DNA of 56,129 bases from a virus, in the IMG/VR virus record IMGVR_UViG_3300025892_000002; one strand, given 5' to 3'. Position 1 is the first letter of the stretch. Every line of letters begins with the position of its first letter. The position numbers were made by a program, and so were the translations under genes. Under the pieces are notes generated by a model. That model did not search any database, had not been told where the DNA came from, and saw nothing but the letters and a program-made list of their open reading frames with translations. Of the stretch, positions 9,972 through 18,835 are shown one piece after another.

Positions 9972-12548
9972 CTATCTTGCTGTTGCGTATTGAAATGGAT
10001 TTTCTGCCATTGCTAAGTATACATAAGTTGCTCCACTTGCATTCCAGTTTGCTGCATCTCCACCTCTAGCTAACTTAAATCCATTAGAAAGAAAATCGTT
10101 ATAATCTGTACCATCTGTATAAGCATCTTCTGCTGCTGAACTATTTGGTAGTAGCATGTGGTATGCAGGATTATATGGATCTCTTGCATTATCTTCAATT
10201 CTCCAGTTATTTGTTGAAGTTGTTTTTTTCACCATAACCCATGCAGGTCTAAATCCTGTGTAAACAAATGTACCATCAGTTCCACTTCCATTTCCAACGT
10301 ATGATCCAGATTTAATAAAACCTTCTACATTTGCAAAGCTATATACTATTACATCTTTACCACTTGCATTAATAGCAGAATAATCTGTAAGAGTTAACAT
10401 AGTGTCAGTAGGTTTAGCTGTAAATAACCCACCACTTCCTTGATTAGCGTACCATGCACCAGTAGTAAATTCTGCGTATGAATCAGCATCTCCATTATCA
10501 TAACCTATACTCCAGTTTCTCCAATTATTAGAAGAATCTGGTAAATTTTTCATTATGACATAAGAAGGAGCAGTAGCTACTCCACCTACTGTAATACCAT
10601 GAGGAACAGTTTGAGCATTACTGCCATTACCACTATACTTCATTATAGAAAAACCACAGTCATTAGTTTGATACACACCATCTATATCTCCTGATGTATC
10701 TGTAGTTGTTGTTCCACCATTTGCTCTCCAATTCCAAGCTACATAAGTATCAGAACTATTATTATAAACAGCATCAGATCCTACAGTAAAACCATCAGAT
10801 CCAAAAGCTGTTAAACCATTTGAATCTGTTGCTTCTCCTGCAGTTGTATTAGACTCTAAAGACTTAGTAACTCCTCTTGTAGAGTCTGTAAGTTTATGGT
10901 CATTAGCACCACCTCTTTCTTTAATCCATGTTAGATCAGGTTGAAATCCTAATCCTGTTAATGCATTAGTAGAACCTGTTCCTGTATATAATAAAGGACT
11001 AAACAATTTCTGTGGAAAATTGTCATCAGTTTGTGCAGGGTCTACTGCATCTGCTGTTGGAATATTTGCAGCACAACAAGCTACAAAATCTGTACCACTT
11101 GGGTCGTATTTAAATAATCCATAACCATTTTTATCTGTATTAGTTCCTGCTGTTATTTCACCATTAAAGCTAGGATTTTGCCCTGCATTTAATACACCTA
11201 CACCAGAACCTACATTCTGACAAGTTGCAGTAAAATATCTATCTGTAGGAGTAGTAGCCCAACTTGCTTGTGGATTAGTTCCATTTGCAGGATCACCAGA
11301 ATTAGGTATAGTTCCATTTTTACCTATCCATAATTTTTTATTATCACAATCTAACCAAAAACTTAAAATATCTCCTGAAGAAAGAGAAGTTACACCTGTA
11401 CTAGTTACAGTAATTGTACCCATTCCTACTGGAGCACCTCCACCACCATACATTTGTCCAGCAGCAGTTTGCCATGTAATTATATAATATTGTCCATCTG
11501 TATTTCCTATACCAGATTGCCCTATACCAAAGGTAGGAGCATAAGAATTTACAGTTTCTGCTCTACATTCCCAGTACCATTTGCCAGTAAGCATACCAAA
11601 AGTACCTGAATTGTTACCTGCACTACTACCAGTACTTTGTAGATTACCTTCAGCTAAAGCATTATTTGCTCCCATATATGCTCCATTGTAGGTCATAAAA
11701 TTACCACCATTAGAATCAGAGTTGAAGGTTGGAGAGTCTAGCATTTGATCGTGTGCTGATAAATTAGCAGTAGTAAAATCATTATTATTTCCTGATACAT
11801 CATTACCTAAATCACTACTAGAAGCAAAATTTAAATAGTATCCATTATTACCAAACGTGAGTCCACTTGGGTCTTTGGGAATCCACACACCATTTTTTGT
11901 TTCACCATAAGAATCTGGACCATAGGATTGTCCATCATTAAAAACTATTTCTGCTAATTGGACATCACAACCTTCTTGCCCTGTACCTTTACCACTAAGT
12001 CCACCCCAACCTTGTAATACTCCATCTTGATTCATAAATGATATATCTTCATTTTGTGATATATCAGTTTGAACAGATGCACTAGAATATGTTGGTTCTA
12101 CTCCATTAACGTATAAACGAACTCTATTAGAAGCAGTTGCCTGTGTGCTATCAAATCTTAATACACAATGATACCATGCTGAAGTATCCCTAAACTGCAT
12201 ATTTGTTGTTAAACGACTATCTCCAAAGTTTCCACCAGTAAAATTAAAATTAGCAACACAATCATTATTATTTGTAAAGGGCCAGAATACATAAGCTCCA
12301 CCACTTGTTCCTGCACAGAATACATTACTACTTTGCGTAGAAGTGCTTGTAACATTATACCTTTTCCACCACCAACTATAAGTAAAAGTTTTACTACTTG
12401 TGGGAGTACCTGCTGTTATTTTTAAAGTAGTGTTATTAGCATCACTCATGCGTAAAGAATGTGCTATTTGATGGGTATAGAAATCACCACCACCTGCTGA
12501 TGCTGCTGCTGCAGCTGCTCCCATTAAATTATTTTGAAATACACCCAT
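9972..12548 (-). CDS. Tail fibre/receptor-binding protein, 858 aa, with LamG/ConA-like and SPRY-like domains
   Basis: WYHCVLRFD...RVRLYVNGV (LamG-like, ~11829-12461). GKWYWECRAE...FGIG...GDILSFWLDCDNKKLWIGKNG (SPRY signature, ~11154-11741). Confidence 0.6.
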   Translation of the reverse strand: MGVFQNNLMGAAAAAASAGGGDFYTHQIAHSLRMSDANNTTLKITAGTPTSSKTFTYSWWWKRYNVTSTSTQSSNVFCAGTSGGAYVFWPFTNNNDCVANFNFTGGNFGDSRLTTNMQFRDTSAWYHCVLRFDSTQATASNRVRLYVNGVEPTYSSASVQTDISQNEDISFMNQDGVLQGWGGLSGKGTGQEGCDVQLAEIVFNDGQSYGPDSYGETKNGVWIPKDPSGLTFGNNGYYLNFASSSDLGNDVSGNNNDFTTANLSAHDQMLDSPTFNSDSNGGNFMTYNGAYMGANNALAEGNLQSTGSSAGNNSGTFGMLTGKWYWECRAETVNSYAPTFGIGQSGIGNTDGQYYIITWQTAAGQMYGGGGAPVGMGTITVTSTGVTSLSSGDILSFWLDCDNKKLWIGKNGTIPNSGDPANGTNPQASWATTPTDRYFTATCQNVGSGVGVLNAGQNPSFNGEITAGTNTDKNGYGLFKYDPSGTDFVACCAANIPTADAVDPAQTDDNFPQKLFSPLLYTGTGSTNALTGLGFQPDLTWIKERGGANDHKLTDSTRGVTKSLESNTTAGEATDSNGLTAFGSDGFTVGSDAVYNNSSDTYVAWNWRANGGTTTTDTSGDIDGVYQTNDCGFSIMKYSGNGSNAQTVPHGITVGGVATAPSYVIMKNLPDSSNNWRNWSIGYDNGDADSYAEFTTGAWYANQGSGGLFTAKPTDTMLTLTDYSAINASGKDVIVYSFANVEGFIKSGSYVGNGSGTDGTFVYTGFRPAWVMVKKTTSTNNWRIEDNARDPYNPAYHMLLPNSSAAEDAYTDGTDYNDFLSNGFKLARGGDAANWNASGATYVYLAMAENPFQYATAR

Positions 12549-14944
12549 TATGCATATGCCTGTGAAATGATCATTTGAATATCTCCACCTACTCCATCAC
12601 TTGAAGCAGAAACTATTATGTAATCTAATCTGTCTACAGCACCATTAGCTGCTGACATGGTGGGATCTGTACCACCTATAAACTTGAAGTCTGCGTTATA
12701 AGCCATTGTACCACTTCCTCCACTCTGTGTCAAGAAAATACTTCCTGTTTGTCCTGTAACACAATTAGTTGGTTTAGCTAATGTATGTGCTGCAGTAACA
12801 GTTGTTGTAAAATTCTGTGCTGTAGCAAAGTTTAAAGCTACAGAGGTTACTCCATTAATGGCTGTAGCACAAACAGCTGCTGCTGCTCCTCCTACGACCT
12901 TTAAAGTACCTTCTAAACTTGTAGCACCTGATACTCTCATACTTCCAAGTACACCTGTTGCACCTGTAATAGTTGTAGCACCTGTAACTTTAAGTGTACT
13001 TCCCATACTTACAGCAGCTTTTAAAACTGCTGCTCCAGTTATTGTAGTAGTACCTCCTATATGTACATTGCCACTAACACATACATCATTATCAAATTCT
13101 ACTTTATCACCAAATGTTTTATTAGTAAATGTTTGTGTTGCTGCAATACCTGCTATTGTATCTGTTACTGCAGGTAATGTTAAAGTTATATTTCCTGAAA
13201 ATGCAGAATGAGCTGGTGCTTGAAGAGCAGCATAATGAGCATTACCTGATTCACAGTATAGTCTAACTTCTGATTGTGATCCACCATTCTTAACAGCAAT
13301 TAAACCACTAGATACCATAACATTTCCTGTTATAGTAACTGTCCCTCCAAGAGATGTATTACCTGCAACAGCTAATGTACTTCCTAAAGATGTAGCACCA
13401 CTAACTCTTACAGTTCCTAAGAAACCTGAATTTCCTGTTATTGTTGTAGTTCCTGTAATCTTAGCTGTACCACCTATAGAAGTATTACCTGCAATATCTA
13501 ATGTACTAGCTAATGTAGCAGCACCTGATACTCTAACAGTTCCTAAGAAACCTGAATTGCCTGTTATAGTAGTAGTACCTCCTACTTTTAAAGTAGAATT
13601 AATAGAAGCTGTACTTTGTAAATGTGTAGCTCCTACTATTGTTGTTGTACCACCTACATATAAATTACCACCTATTGTTGCATTATTAACAGATATGTTT
13701 CCTGTTATAACTGCAGGTACATTTGTTAAGTTTGCACCATCTCCAAAGAAAGCTGAAGCACATACTTTTTCAGCAAAGGTTCCATTACCTGCTACTGATA
13801 AAGTACTTTGTAAATGTGTAGCTCCTACAACTGTAAGAGTGCTTTTAAGTACTGCTGCTCCTTCAATAGATGTAGCTCCAGATACTCTAACAGTTCCTAA
13901 GAAACCTGTATTACCTGTTATAGTTGTTGCACCTAATACTTTAAGTGTACTTCCTAAACTTGTTGCTCCTTGTAAATGTGCAGCTCCTATAACTGTAACT
14001 GTACTTTTCATTACTACAGCATCTTCTAAACTTGTTGCACCTGATACTTTTAATGTTCCACCTACTATAGCATTTGCTACAGATATATTACCTGAAATTG
14101 GAATACCTGTAATATTAGTACCATCACCATAAAAAGCTGAAGCACAAACTCTTTCTGAAAAGGTTGCTATACCAGCAACTTTAAGTGTACTACCTAAACT
14201 TGTTGCTCCTTTTAAAACTGCTGCTCCTGCTATTGTAGCTGTAGAATTAAAAGTTGCTGCACCATTAACACTTAATGTACTTTGTAAATGAGCAGCTCCT
14301 GCAACTGTTACAGTTCCACCAAAATTTGAATTACCACTAACAGATATATCATCATCAAAAGTTACTTTATCACCAAATGTTTTATTTGTTAATGTATCAG
14401 TAGTAGATGTACCTACTAATGTAGCAGTACTTACTGGTAATGTTATTGTTATATTACCACTAAAAGAAGAATGTGGAGGAGATTGTAAAGCTGCATAATG
14501 TGCATTACCAGATTCACAATATAGTTTTATATTAGATTGTGCACCACCATTTTTAACTTGTATCTCTCCACCAGATACCATTACAGCACCACCTATAGTA
14601 ACAGTACCACCTATCGTAGCATTGTTTGTAACTATTAAACTAGATACTGAAACATCTCCAGTAAATGTTATGCCTGTTATATTAGATCCATCACCATAAT
14701 ATGCAGAAGCACAAACTTTATTACTAATTTGTAAATCACCTCCAACAGATGCATTACCATCTACACCAAAAGTTCCTGTAGCTTTAACTGCACCAGTAGA
14801 TATTTGTAATGCAGCATTAGTACCATCACCTGATTGTATTTGTTGTAAATCATTTGTTAAACCAGTATTAGTATTTGCACTTACATTTACTTTTAATAAC
14901 TGTTTATATGTTTCTGATATTTGTTTGTTTGTTAATGTACTCAT
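12548..14944 (-). CDS. Highly repetitive beta-helix-type tail fibre, 798 aa
   Basis: Many G(A/T)TSLGSTLKV.G.TTITGN.GFLGTVRVSG repeats; KVCASA(Y/F)(Y/F)GDG.N(I/L)T three times; large internal duplication. Confidence 0.65.
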   Translation of the reverse strand: MSTLTNKQISETYKQLLKVNVSANTNTGLTNDLQQIQSGDGTNAALQISTGAVKATGTFGVDGNASVGGDLQISNKVCASAYYGDGSNITGITFTGDVSVSSLIVTNNATIGGTVTIGGAVMVSGGEIQVKNGGAQSNIKLYCESGNAHYAALQSPPHSSFSGNITITLPVSTATLVGTSTTDTLTNKTFGDKVTFDDDISVSGNSNFGGTVTVAGAAHLQSTLSVNGAATFNSTATIAGAAVLKGATSLGSTLKVAGIATFSERVCASAFYGDGTNITGIPISGNISVANAIVGGTLKVSGATSLEDAVVMKSTVTVIGAAHLQGATSLGSTLKVLGATTITGNTGFLGTVRVSGATSIEGAAVLKSTLTVVGATHLQSTLSVAGNGTFAEKVCASAFFGDGANLTNVPAVITGNISVNNATIGGNLYVGGTTTIVGATHLQSTASINSTLKVGGTTTITGNSGFLGTVRVSGAATLASTLDIAGNTSIGGTAKITGTTTITGNSGFLGTVRVSGATSLGSTLAVAGNTSLGGTVTITGNVMVSSGLIAVKNGGSQSEVRLYCESGNAHYAALQAPAHSAFSGNITLTLPAVTDTIAGIAATQTFTNKTFGDKVEFDNDVCVSGNVHIGGTTTITGAAVLKAAVSMGSTLKVTGATTITGATGVLGSMRVSGATSLEGTLKVVGGAAAAVCATAINGVTSVALNFATAQNFTTTVTAAHTLAKPTNCVTGQTGSIFLTQSGGSGTMAYNADFKFIGGTDPTMSAANGAVDRLDYIIVSASSDGVGGDIQMIISQAYA
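13067..13351 (-). repeat. Internal duplication unit 2 of the fibre gene (aa ~532-626)
   Basis: GGTVTITGNVMVSSGLIAVKNGGSQSEVRLYCESGNAHYAALQAPAHSAFSGNITLTLP...TNKTFGDKVEFDNDVCVSGN parallels unit 1. Confidence 0.8.
14327..14614 (-). repeat. Internal duplication unit 1 of the fibre gene (aa ~111-206)
   Basis: IGGTVTIGGAVMVSGGEIQVKNGGAQSNIKLYCESGNAHYAALQSPPHSSFSGNITITLP...TNKTFGDKVTFDDDISVSGN. Confidence 0.8.
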
Positions 14945-15219
14945 GCGTTACTCCAAAATCTTATTGTGGAATCATCCCAATCAAAACTTGCTTGTTGCCA
15001 TTCTAAGTTTCTACCACCTGTATCAGGTCTTGGGTTTTGAATTGCTGGATTATCTCTTACGTCTGCTGCTTTATTTTGTGGATGGTTTTTTAAATCAAAT
15101 GCACCATCAAAACATGTTTGACAAACTAATGTATCATAACTACTTAACTGCATTACTCTATGTGGATATACAAAACTACATTGATCACACATAGCCATTG
15201 CATTACGATTAGTTGCCAC
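14941..15219 (-). CDS. Small Zn-ribbon-like protein of the structural module, 92 aa
   Basis: CDQC...(18 aa)...CQTC pair of CxxC motifs; 4-nt and 1-nt overlaps with neighbouring genes. Confidence 0.45.
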   Translation of the reverse strand: MATNRNAMAMCDQCSFVYPHRVMQLSSYDTLVCQTCFDGAFDLKNHPQNKAADVRDNPAIQNPRPDTGGRNLEWQQASFDWDDSTIRFWSNA

Positions 15220-15893
15220 TAGATATATCCTAACTTAGGTTTTATATACATGCTTGCTCTTTCTCTATCTTCTTCCATAGCAAAAGCTAACTTCTCTTCA
15301 TAATTTGCTTTTAACATTTGTATTCTATCCATAGGAATACCAGGTCTTTTCATAGATAAATAATAAGATAAACCACATGTTAAAGCTGGTAAGAATCTTT
15401 TAGGTACTTGTGCATTTTGTCCTGCAGATTTATTAACATCTTCTAATTGTTTAAAACATTCTATATTTAAAATACCAGTAGTAATATCTGGAGTAGGATA
15501 TAAAAACAAAGCTATATTATTTACTCCTCTAGTAATTGCATATTGTGTAGGTCTACCTGTAGTTGTTTTATTAGGTAAGTTATGATATTCTTCTCGTGAT
15601 ATTCTTTCTAAAGCTATATCAGTTGATGCTGCACTAACTGCATATGTTACAGCTAATGTATCTAAAATTTCATCAGGTAAAGAAGTCTCAACTGAAGTTG
15701 CAGTTACAGCAGTAGTTTGTATAGACCACAATAGTACTCCTTTATTCTGCCATTCATTTAACATTAAGTTAATAGATCTTCTAGCAGAAGCAGGTGTATG
15801 ACCTAGTGTTTCTTCACCACCAATCATTTCAGTAGCTTCTTGAATTACTTCATCTATATCTAAATTAAAATTATATGTACCTGATGTTGCCAT
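15219..15893 (-). CDS. Head-tail adaptor/connector-like protein, 224 aa (paralogue of 18835..19527)
   Basis: Shared core with the 230-aa ORF: RISREEYHNLPNKTTTGRPTQYAI...LFLYPTPD...ILNIECFKQ vs LLQRTYEYAIDYWNKPTSVGTPRYYAR...IYIVPTPT...EIQYTKQ. Confidence 0.4.
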   Translation of the reverse strand: MATSGTYNFNLDIDEVIQEATEMIGGEETLGHTPASARRSINLMLNEWQNKGVLLWSIQTTAVTATSVETSLPDEILDTLAVTYAVSAASTDIALERISREEYHNLPNKTTTGRPTQYAITRGVNNIALFLYPTPDITTGILNIECFKQLEDVNKSAGQNAQVPKRFLPALTCGLSYYLSMKRPGIPMDRIQMLKANYEEKLAFAMEEDRERASMYIKPKLGYI

Positions 15894-15899
15894 TTCAGT

Positions 15900-16055
15900 C
15901 TACCCTTTATGAACTTTTTGTATTGTAAAAGCAGCTTTTAATGTTGCTCCTTTATGTGGTTTATAACCAGCAGAAGGATTCTTCATTAACTTAAACTCTT
16001 TACCTTTTTTCATCCAATGAAAACCTTTAGGTGAGCTTACTGATTTTGTTGCCAT
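15900..16055 (-). CDS. Unlisted basic microprotein, 51 aa (MATKSVSSPKGFHWMKKGKEFKLMKNPSAGYKPHKGATLKAAFTIQKVHKG)
   Basis: Hand translation of the 173-nt gap: ATG 16055, TAG 15902-15900; Lys-rich like its neighbours. Confidence 0.5.
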   Translation of the reverse strand: MATKSVSSPKGFHWMKKGKEFKLMKNPSAGYKPHKGATLKAAFTIQKVHKG

Positions 16056-16066
16056 ATTTTTAATCC

Positions 16067-16501
16067 TTAATCATAACATGCTGCTACAAGAAGTGAACCA
16101 CCACTCTTAGCAGCAAATGTTTTTACATTTGTTGGTTTACCACCTACACCTTGAGCTTTAGATCTTTTTCTTTTTACTGCAGATGTTTTTTGAGATGTAG
16201 ACATTTTATTTGCTTTAGCTATTGGAACACATTTAGGATACTTACGTTTAGAACTTTTAGTAGATTTTCTACCACAAGGTTGATACTTACCATTTTTCTT
16301 AGGTGCTCCTATATCTACCCATTTTTCTTTTACCCAATCACGTAAGCCACCACCTGTAGCTTTCTTTACTGTTTTCTTTTTACCACCTGGTTTTACTTTG
16401 CCACTACATACTGCTGATGCATACATATTAGCATAAGCTGATGGATATACATCAAACTTTCTTTTAGCTGCAGCTTTACCTTTTGGACAAAGCTTTGCCA
16501 T
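16067..16501 (-). CDS. Basic Lys-rich protein, 144 aa
   Basis: N-terminal KFDVYPSAYANMYASAVC segment (a motif I recall from small proteins of marine viruses), then KKK/GG-rich tail. Confidence 0.5.
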   Translation of the reverse strand: MAKLCPKGKAAAKRKFDVYPSAYANMYASAVCSGKVKPGGKKKTVKKATGGGLRDWVKEKWVDIGAPKKNGKYQPCGRKSTKSSKRKYPKCVPIAKANKMSTSQKTSAVKRKRSKAQGVGGKPTNVKTFAAKSGGSLLVAACYD

Positions 16502-16698
16502 TATTTCATTTTTTTTCTTATATTAGCTAAAATTTTAGCTTGAGCTGCGTGCATTTTTGATGCTTTATTTAAAGCAGCAGTAATTTCTTTTAGCTTATTT
16601 TGTACTACTCCACCATCTTTAGCATAGCCCATTTTATTTCTAACTTTAGTTGGTAATTTTTTTAGTCCTGGATTAGTAGGTTTTTTTAACATTTCCAT
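16501..16698 (-). CDS. Basic microprotein, 65 aa
   Basis: Lys-rich; contains YAKDGGVV motif; shares base 16501 with the next gene. Confidence 0.5.
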   Translation of the reverse strand: MEMLKKPTNPGLKKLPTKVRNKMGYAKDGGVVQNKLKEITAALNKASKMHAAQAKILANIRKKMK

Positions 16699-16979
16699 CT
16701 CTTTCTCGCTTGTCTTAATCTTGAGTTAGGATTCTTTGCTGCTTTAGGAAACTTCTTCATTTGTCCTGCAGATCTTGCACAGTAACTCGCTCTTCTTTTA
16801 GCAGCTTTACTACCTTTTTTTACTTTACCTGTTACAGCAGTTTTTAATTTACTACCAGGATTTTGTCTACGATATTTAGCTACACCTGCTGCAGTAAGCC
16901 CAGCACCAGATTTAGTAGGTCTCTTCTGACCACCACCTATGGTCATACCTTTCATATTACTTTTTTTACGAACAGCCAT
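16686..16979 (-). CDS. Basic Lys/Arg/Gly-rich protein, 97 aa
   Basis: GMTIGGGQKRP and RRASYCARSAGQMKKF segments; overlaps downstream gene by 13 nt. Confidence 0.5.
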   Translation of the reverse strand: MAVRKKSNMKGMTIGGGQKRPTKSGAGLTAAGVAKYRRQNPGSKLKTAVTGKVKKGSKAAKRRASYCARSAGQMKKFPKAAKNPNSRLRQARKRWKC

Positions 16980-16985
16980 TAGTCT

Positions 16986-17183
16986 TTATTTTTTTTCTTT
17001 TATAAAGAATCCTGCAGCTCCTGAAATACCACAACCAATCATAATAATACTTTGCCATAAATCACTTGGTATTATAACTCCACACATAGCTAATACTGCT
17101 GCAATAGCAGAGTAAGATGAGGGTTCTTTAAATCTTGAGAGTAATCCTTTTAATTTAATATTCATTTTTAACTTTACCTCCAT
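16986..17183 (-). CDS. Small membrane protein, 65 aa, two hydrophobic segments
   Basis: YSAIAAVLAMCGVIIP and SIIMIGCGISGAAGFFI hydrophobic stretches. Confidence 0.45.
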   Translation of the reverse strand: MEVKLKMNIKLKGLLSRFKEPSSYSAIAAVLAMCGVIIPSDLWQSIIMIGCGISGAAGFFIKEKK

Positions 17184-17412
17184 ACATTCTTTGTACCATC
17201 ATTTGTCCTGAATTATCTACTTTGTAAACTTTACCACCCATAGGTCTTTTAGTAACTTTACCACCCATAGCTTTTTTTTCTACTTTACCTCCATACATTT
17301 TTTTACTCATCTTATTTGCATACATCATTTTTTCTTCCTTTTTAAATTTTTTATAAACATCTGGCTCATTAATAGCTAGATAAGTTTTTTGTTTAGCAGA
17401 CTTAAAAGGCAC
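17155..17412 (-). CDS. Basic microprotein, 85 aa, with four tandem M-x-GGKV repeats
   Basis: KKMYGGKVEKK / AMGGKVTKR / PMGGKVYKV / RMYGGKVKNEY. Confidence 0.55.
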   Translation of the reverse strand: MPFKSAKQKTYLAINEPDVYKKFKKEEKMMYANKMSKKMYGGKVEKKAMGGKVTKRPMGGKVYKVDNSGQMMVQRMYGGKVKNEY

Positions 17413-18146
17413 TACTTATAACCTTTACCATACCCACGTAATGCAGCTCCTGTTCCACGAGGTGCTCCTATTTGACCACCATGTTTCTTTTTAATAACTC
17501 CTCTACCTATAAGAATATCTTTTTTAGTAATTTTACCATCACCTGAAAGATCTTTCATAGTGCCACCTTTTTTTCTTTTAGTTATAGCAGCCATTTCAGA
17601 TTTAGACATACCTTGATATACAGATTTTCTATCTTTAACTTTAGCAGATAAATTAATCTTCTGACCTATTCTTATTTTATTTAAATCTTTAATTTGAGGA
17701 TTAGCTTCTTTTAAAGCTTTTAATGTTGTACCATTAGCTTTAGCTATTTGAGAAAGAGTATCACCTTTTTTAATTGTTACTGATGAAGATTTAGTTTTAA
17801 CAGGTAAAGCAGTTCCTTTATCTTTTAATACTTCTTTTAAAAGAGAATTTAATGCAATACCTCCTGTAGTTATACCTGCTGCTGCATATCCACCTTTTCT
17901 TAATGTTGCAATTCTTTTCTTATCTGCAGCTTGTAGTTTTGTTAATTTCTTTTTAGCACTATTTAATTTTTTAGGATTACTAAAACCAGCAAACTTTTTC
18001 TTTTTTGTATTCTCTTTAGTTAGTTTTTTTATTTGATCTTTAGTCTGCTCAACTACTTTTTTATTAGAACGTAAACCTTTAATAATTTCTTTTATTTTAT
18101 CTTTATTTTTTATTCCTTCTTTTAATACTTTTGTGTACAATCCCAT
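17412..18146 (-). CDS. Lys-rich LysM-domain protein, 244 aa
   Basis: VTIKKGDTLSQIAKANGTTLKALKEANPQIKDLNKIRIGQKINL (~17649-17780) fits the LysM consensus; flanks are Lys-rich with KKGG/KHGG motifs. Confidence 0.65.
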   Translation of the reverse strand: MGLYTKVLKEGIKNKDKIKEIIKGLRSNKKVVEQTKDQIKKLTKENTKKKKFAGFSNPKKLNSAKKKLTKLQAADKKRIATLRKGGYAAAGITTGGIALNSLLKEVLKDKGTALPVKTKSSSVTIKKGDTLSQIAKANGTTLKALKEANPQIKDLNKIRIGQKINLSAKVKDRKSVYQGMSKSEMAAITKRKKGGTMKDLSGDGKITKKDILIGRGVIKKKHGGQIGAPRGTGAALRGYGKGYK

Positions 18147-18373
18147 TATTTTGCTCCAAATACAGGAGAAGTTTTAACTCCACCTATATCAAAAGGTTCA
18201 CCTTGAGAATAATCTGGATCACAAACAGCATCTATAGGTCCTTTAACTGCAGGTCCTGTACGAGCTGCACCAAATCCTTGTCCTGTAGGTTTGCCACTTG
18301 TTACACTAGAATCTTTAGTTTTTAAACTAGATGGAAATCTACCTTGAGTTCCACCAATAAATTCTCTATCCAT
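18146..18373 (-). CDS. Gly-rich microprotein, 75 aa
   Basis: ORF shares base 18146 with the next gene; Gly/Pro-rich. Confidence 0.45.
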   Translation of the reverse strand: MDREFIGGTQGRFPSSLKTKDSSVTSGKPTGQGFGAARTGPAVKGPIDAVCDPDYSQGEPFDIGGVKTSPVFGAK

Positions 18374-18384
18374 TATTATTCTCC

Positions 18385-18624
18385 TTATTCATAGTAAGAA
18401 GATACAAGATCATTACCATCAATAATGCCACCTCGTTTTCTACTTACCATAGATTGTTTTTGTAAATTTTCTGCAATGCCTTGTGAAGCATTCATAATAT
18501 TATTTAATTCTTTTGCTTTATTAGGAGATAGTCCTCCTCCCATTTTTTTCTTAATTACTTTTTTCTTCACTTTAATATCTCCAGGTTTAGTTATTTGTTG
18601 TTTAATATTAGATCTACTTACCAA
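18385..18624 (-). CDS. Basic microprotein, 79 aa
   Basis: KKKVIKKKMGGGLSP and SRKRGGIIDG motifs. Confidence 0.5.
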   Translation of the reverse strand: MVSRSNIKQQITKPGDIKVKKKVIKKKMGGGLSPNKAKELNNIMNASQGIAENLQKQSMVSRKRGGIIDGNDLVSSYYE

Positions 18625-18835
18625 AACGAGCAGCTCCCCACCCTCTAGGTTTCTTCTTAGAACTTTTTCTTTTTACTTTTATCTGCCCACCTTCTTGCAT
18701 TCCTAATAATTTACCCATAGCTTCTGTAGTAGGAGAAGCCATTAAATCACTTAATTCATAAATAGTTAACCCTCTCATAATTTTATTATTAAATACTTTA
18801 CTTAGTAAAGAACGCTTTTTCTTTTTACTTGCCAT
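18614..18835 (-). CDS. Basic microprotein, 73 aa
   Basis: MASKKKKRSLL... and MQEGGQIKVKRKSSKKKPRGW. Confidence 0.5.
   Translation of the reverse strand: MASKKKKRSLLSKVFNNKIMRGLTIYELSDLMASPTTEAMGKLLGMQEGGQIKVKRKSSKKKPRGWGAARFGK

Noticed and set aside
12858-14132. Two long + strand ORFs (12858-13211 and 13557-14132) with Ala/Pro/Val-rich translations
   Set aside because: They are antisense shadows of the repetitive Ser/Thr/Gly/Ala-rich fibre gene. They have no RBS, and their composition is the mirror of the real frame.
12548-14944. Fibre repeats as a diversity-generating retroelement target/template pair
   Set aside because: There is no reverse transcriptase gene anywhere in the genome, and the repeats differ at all base types rather than only at adenines.
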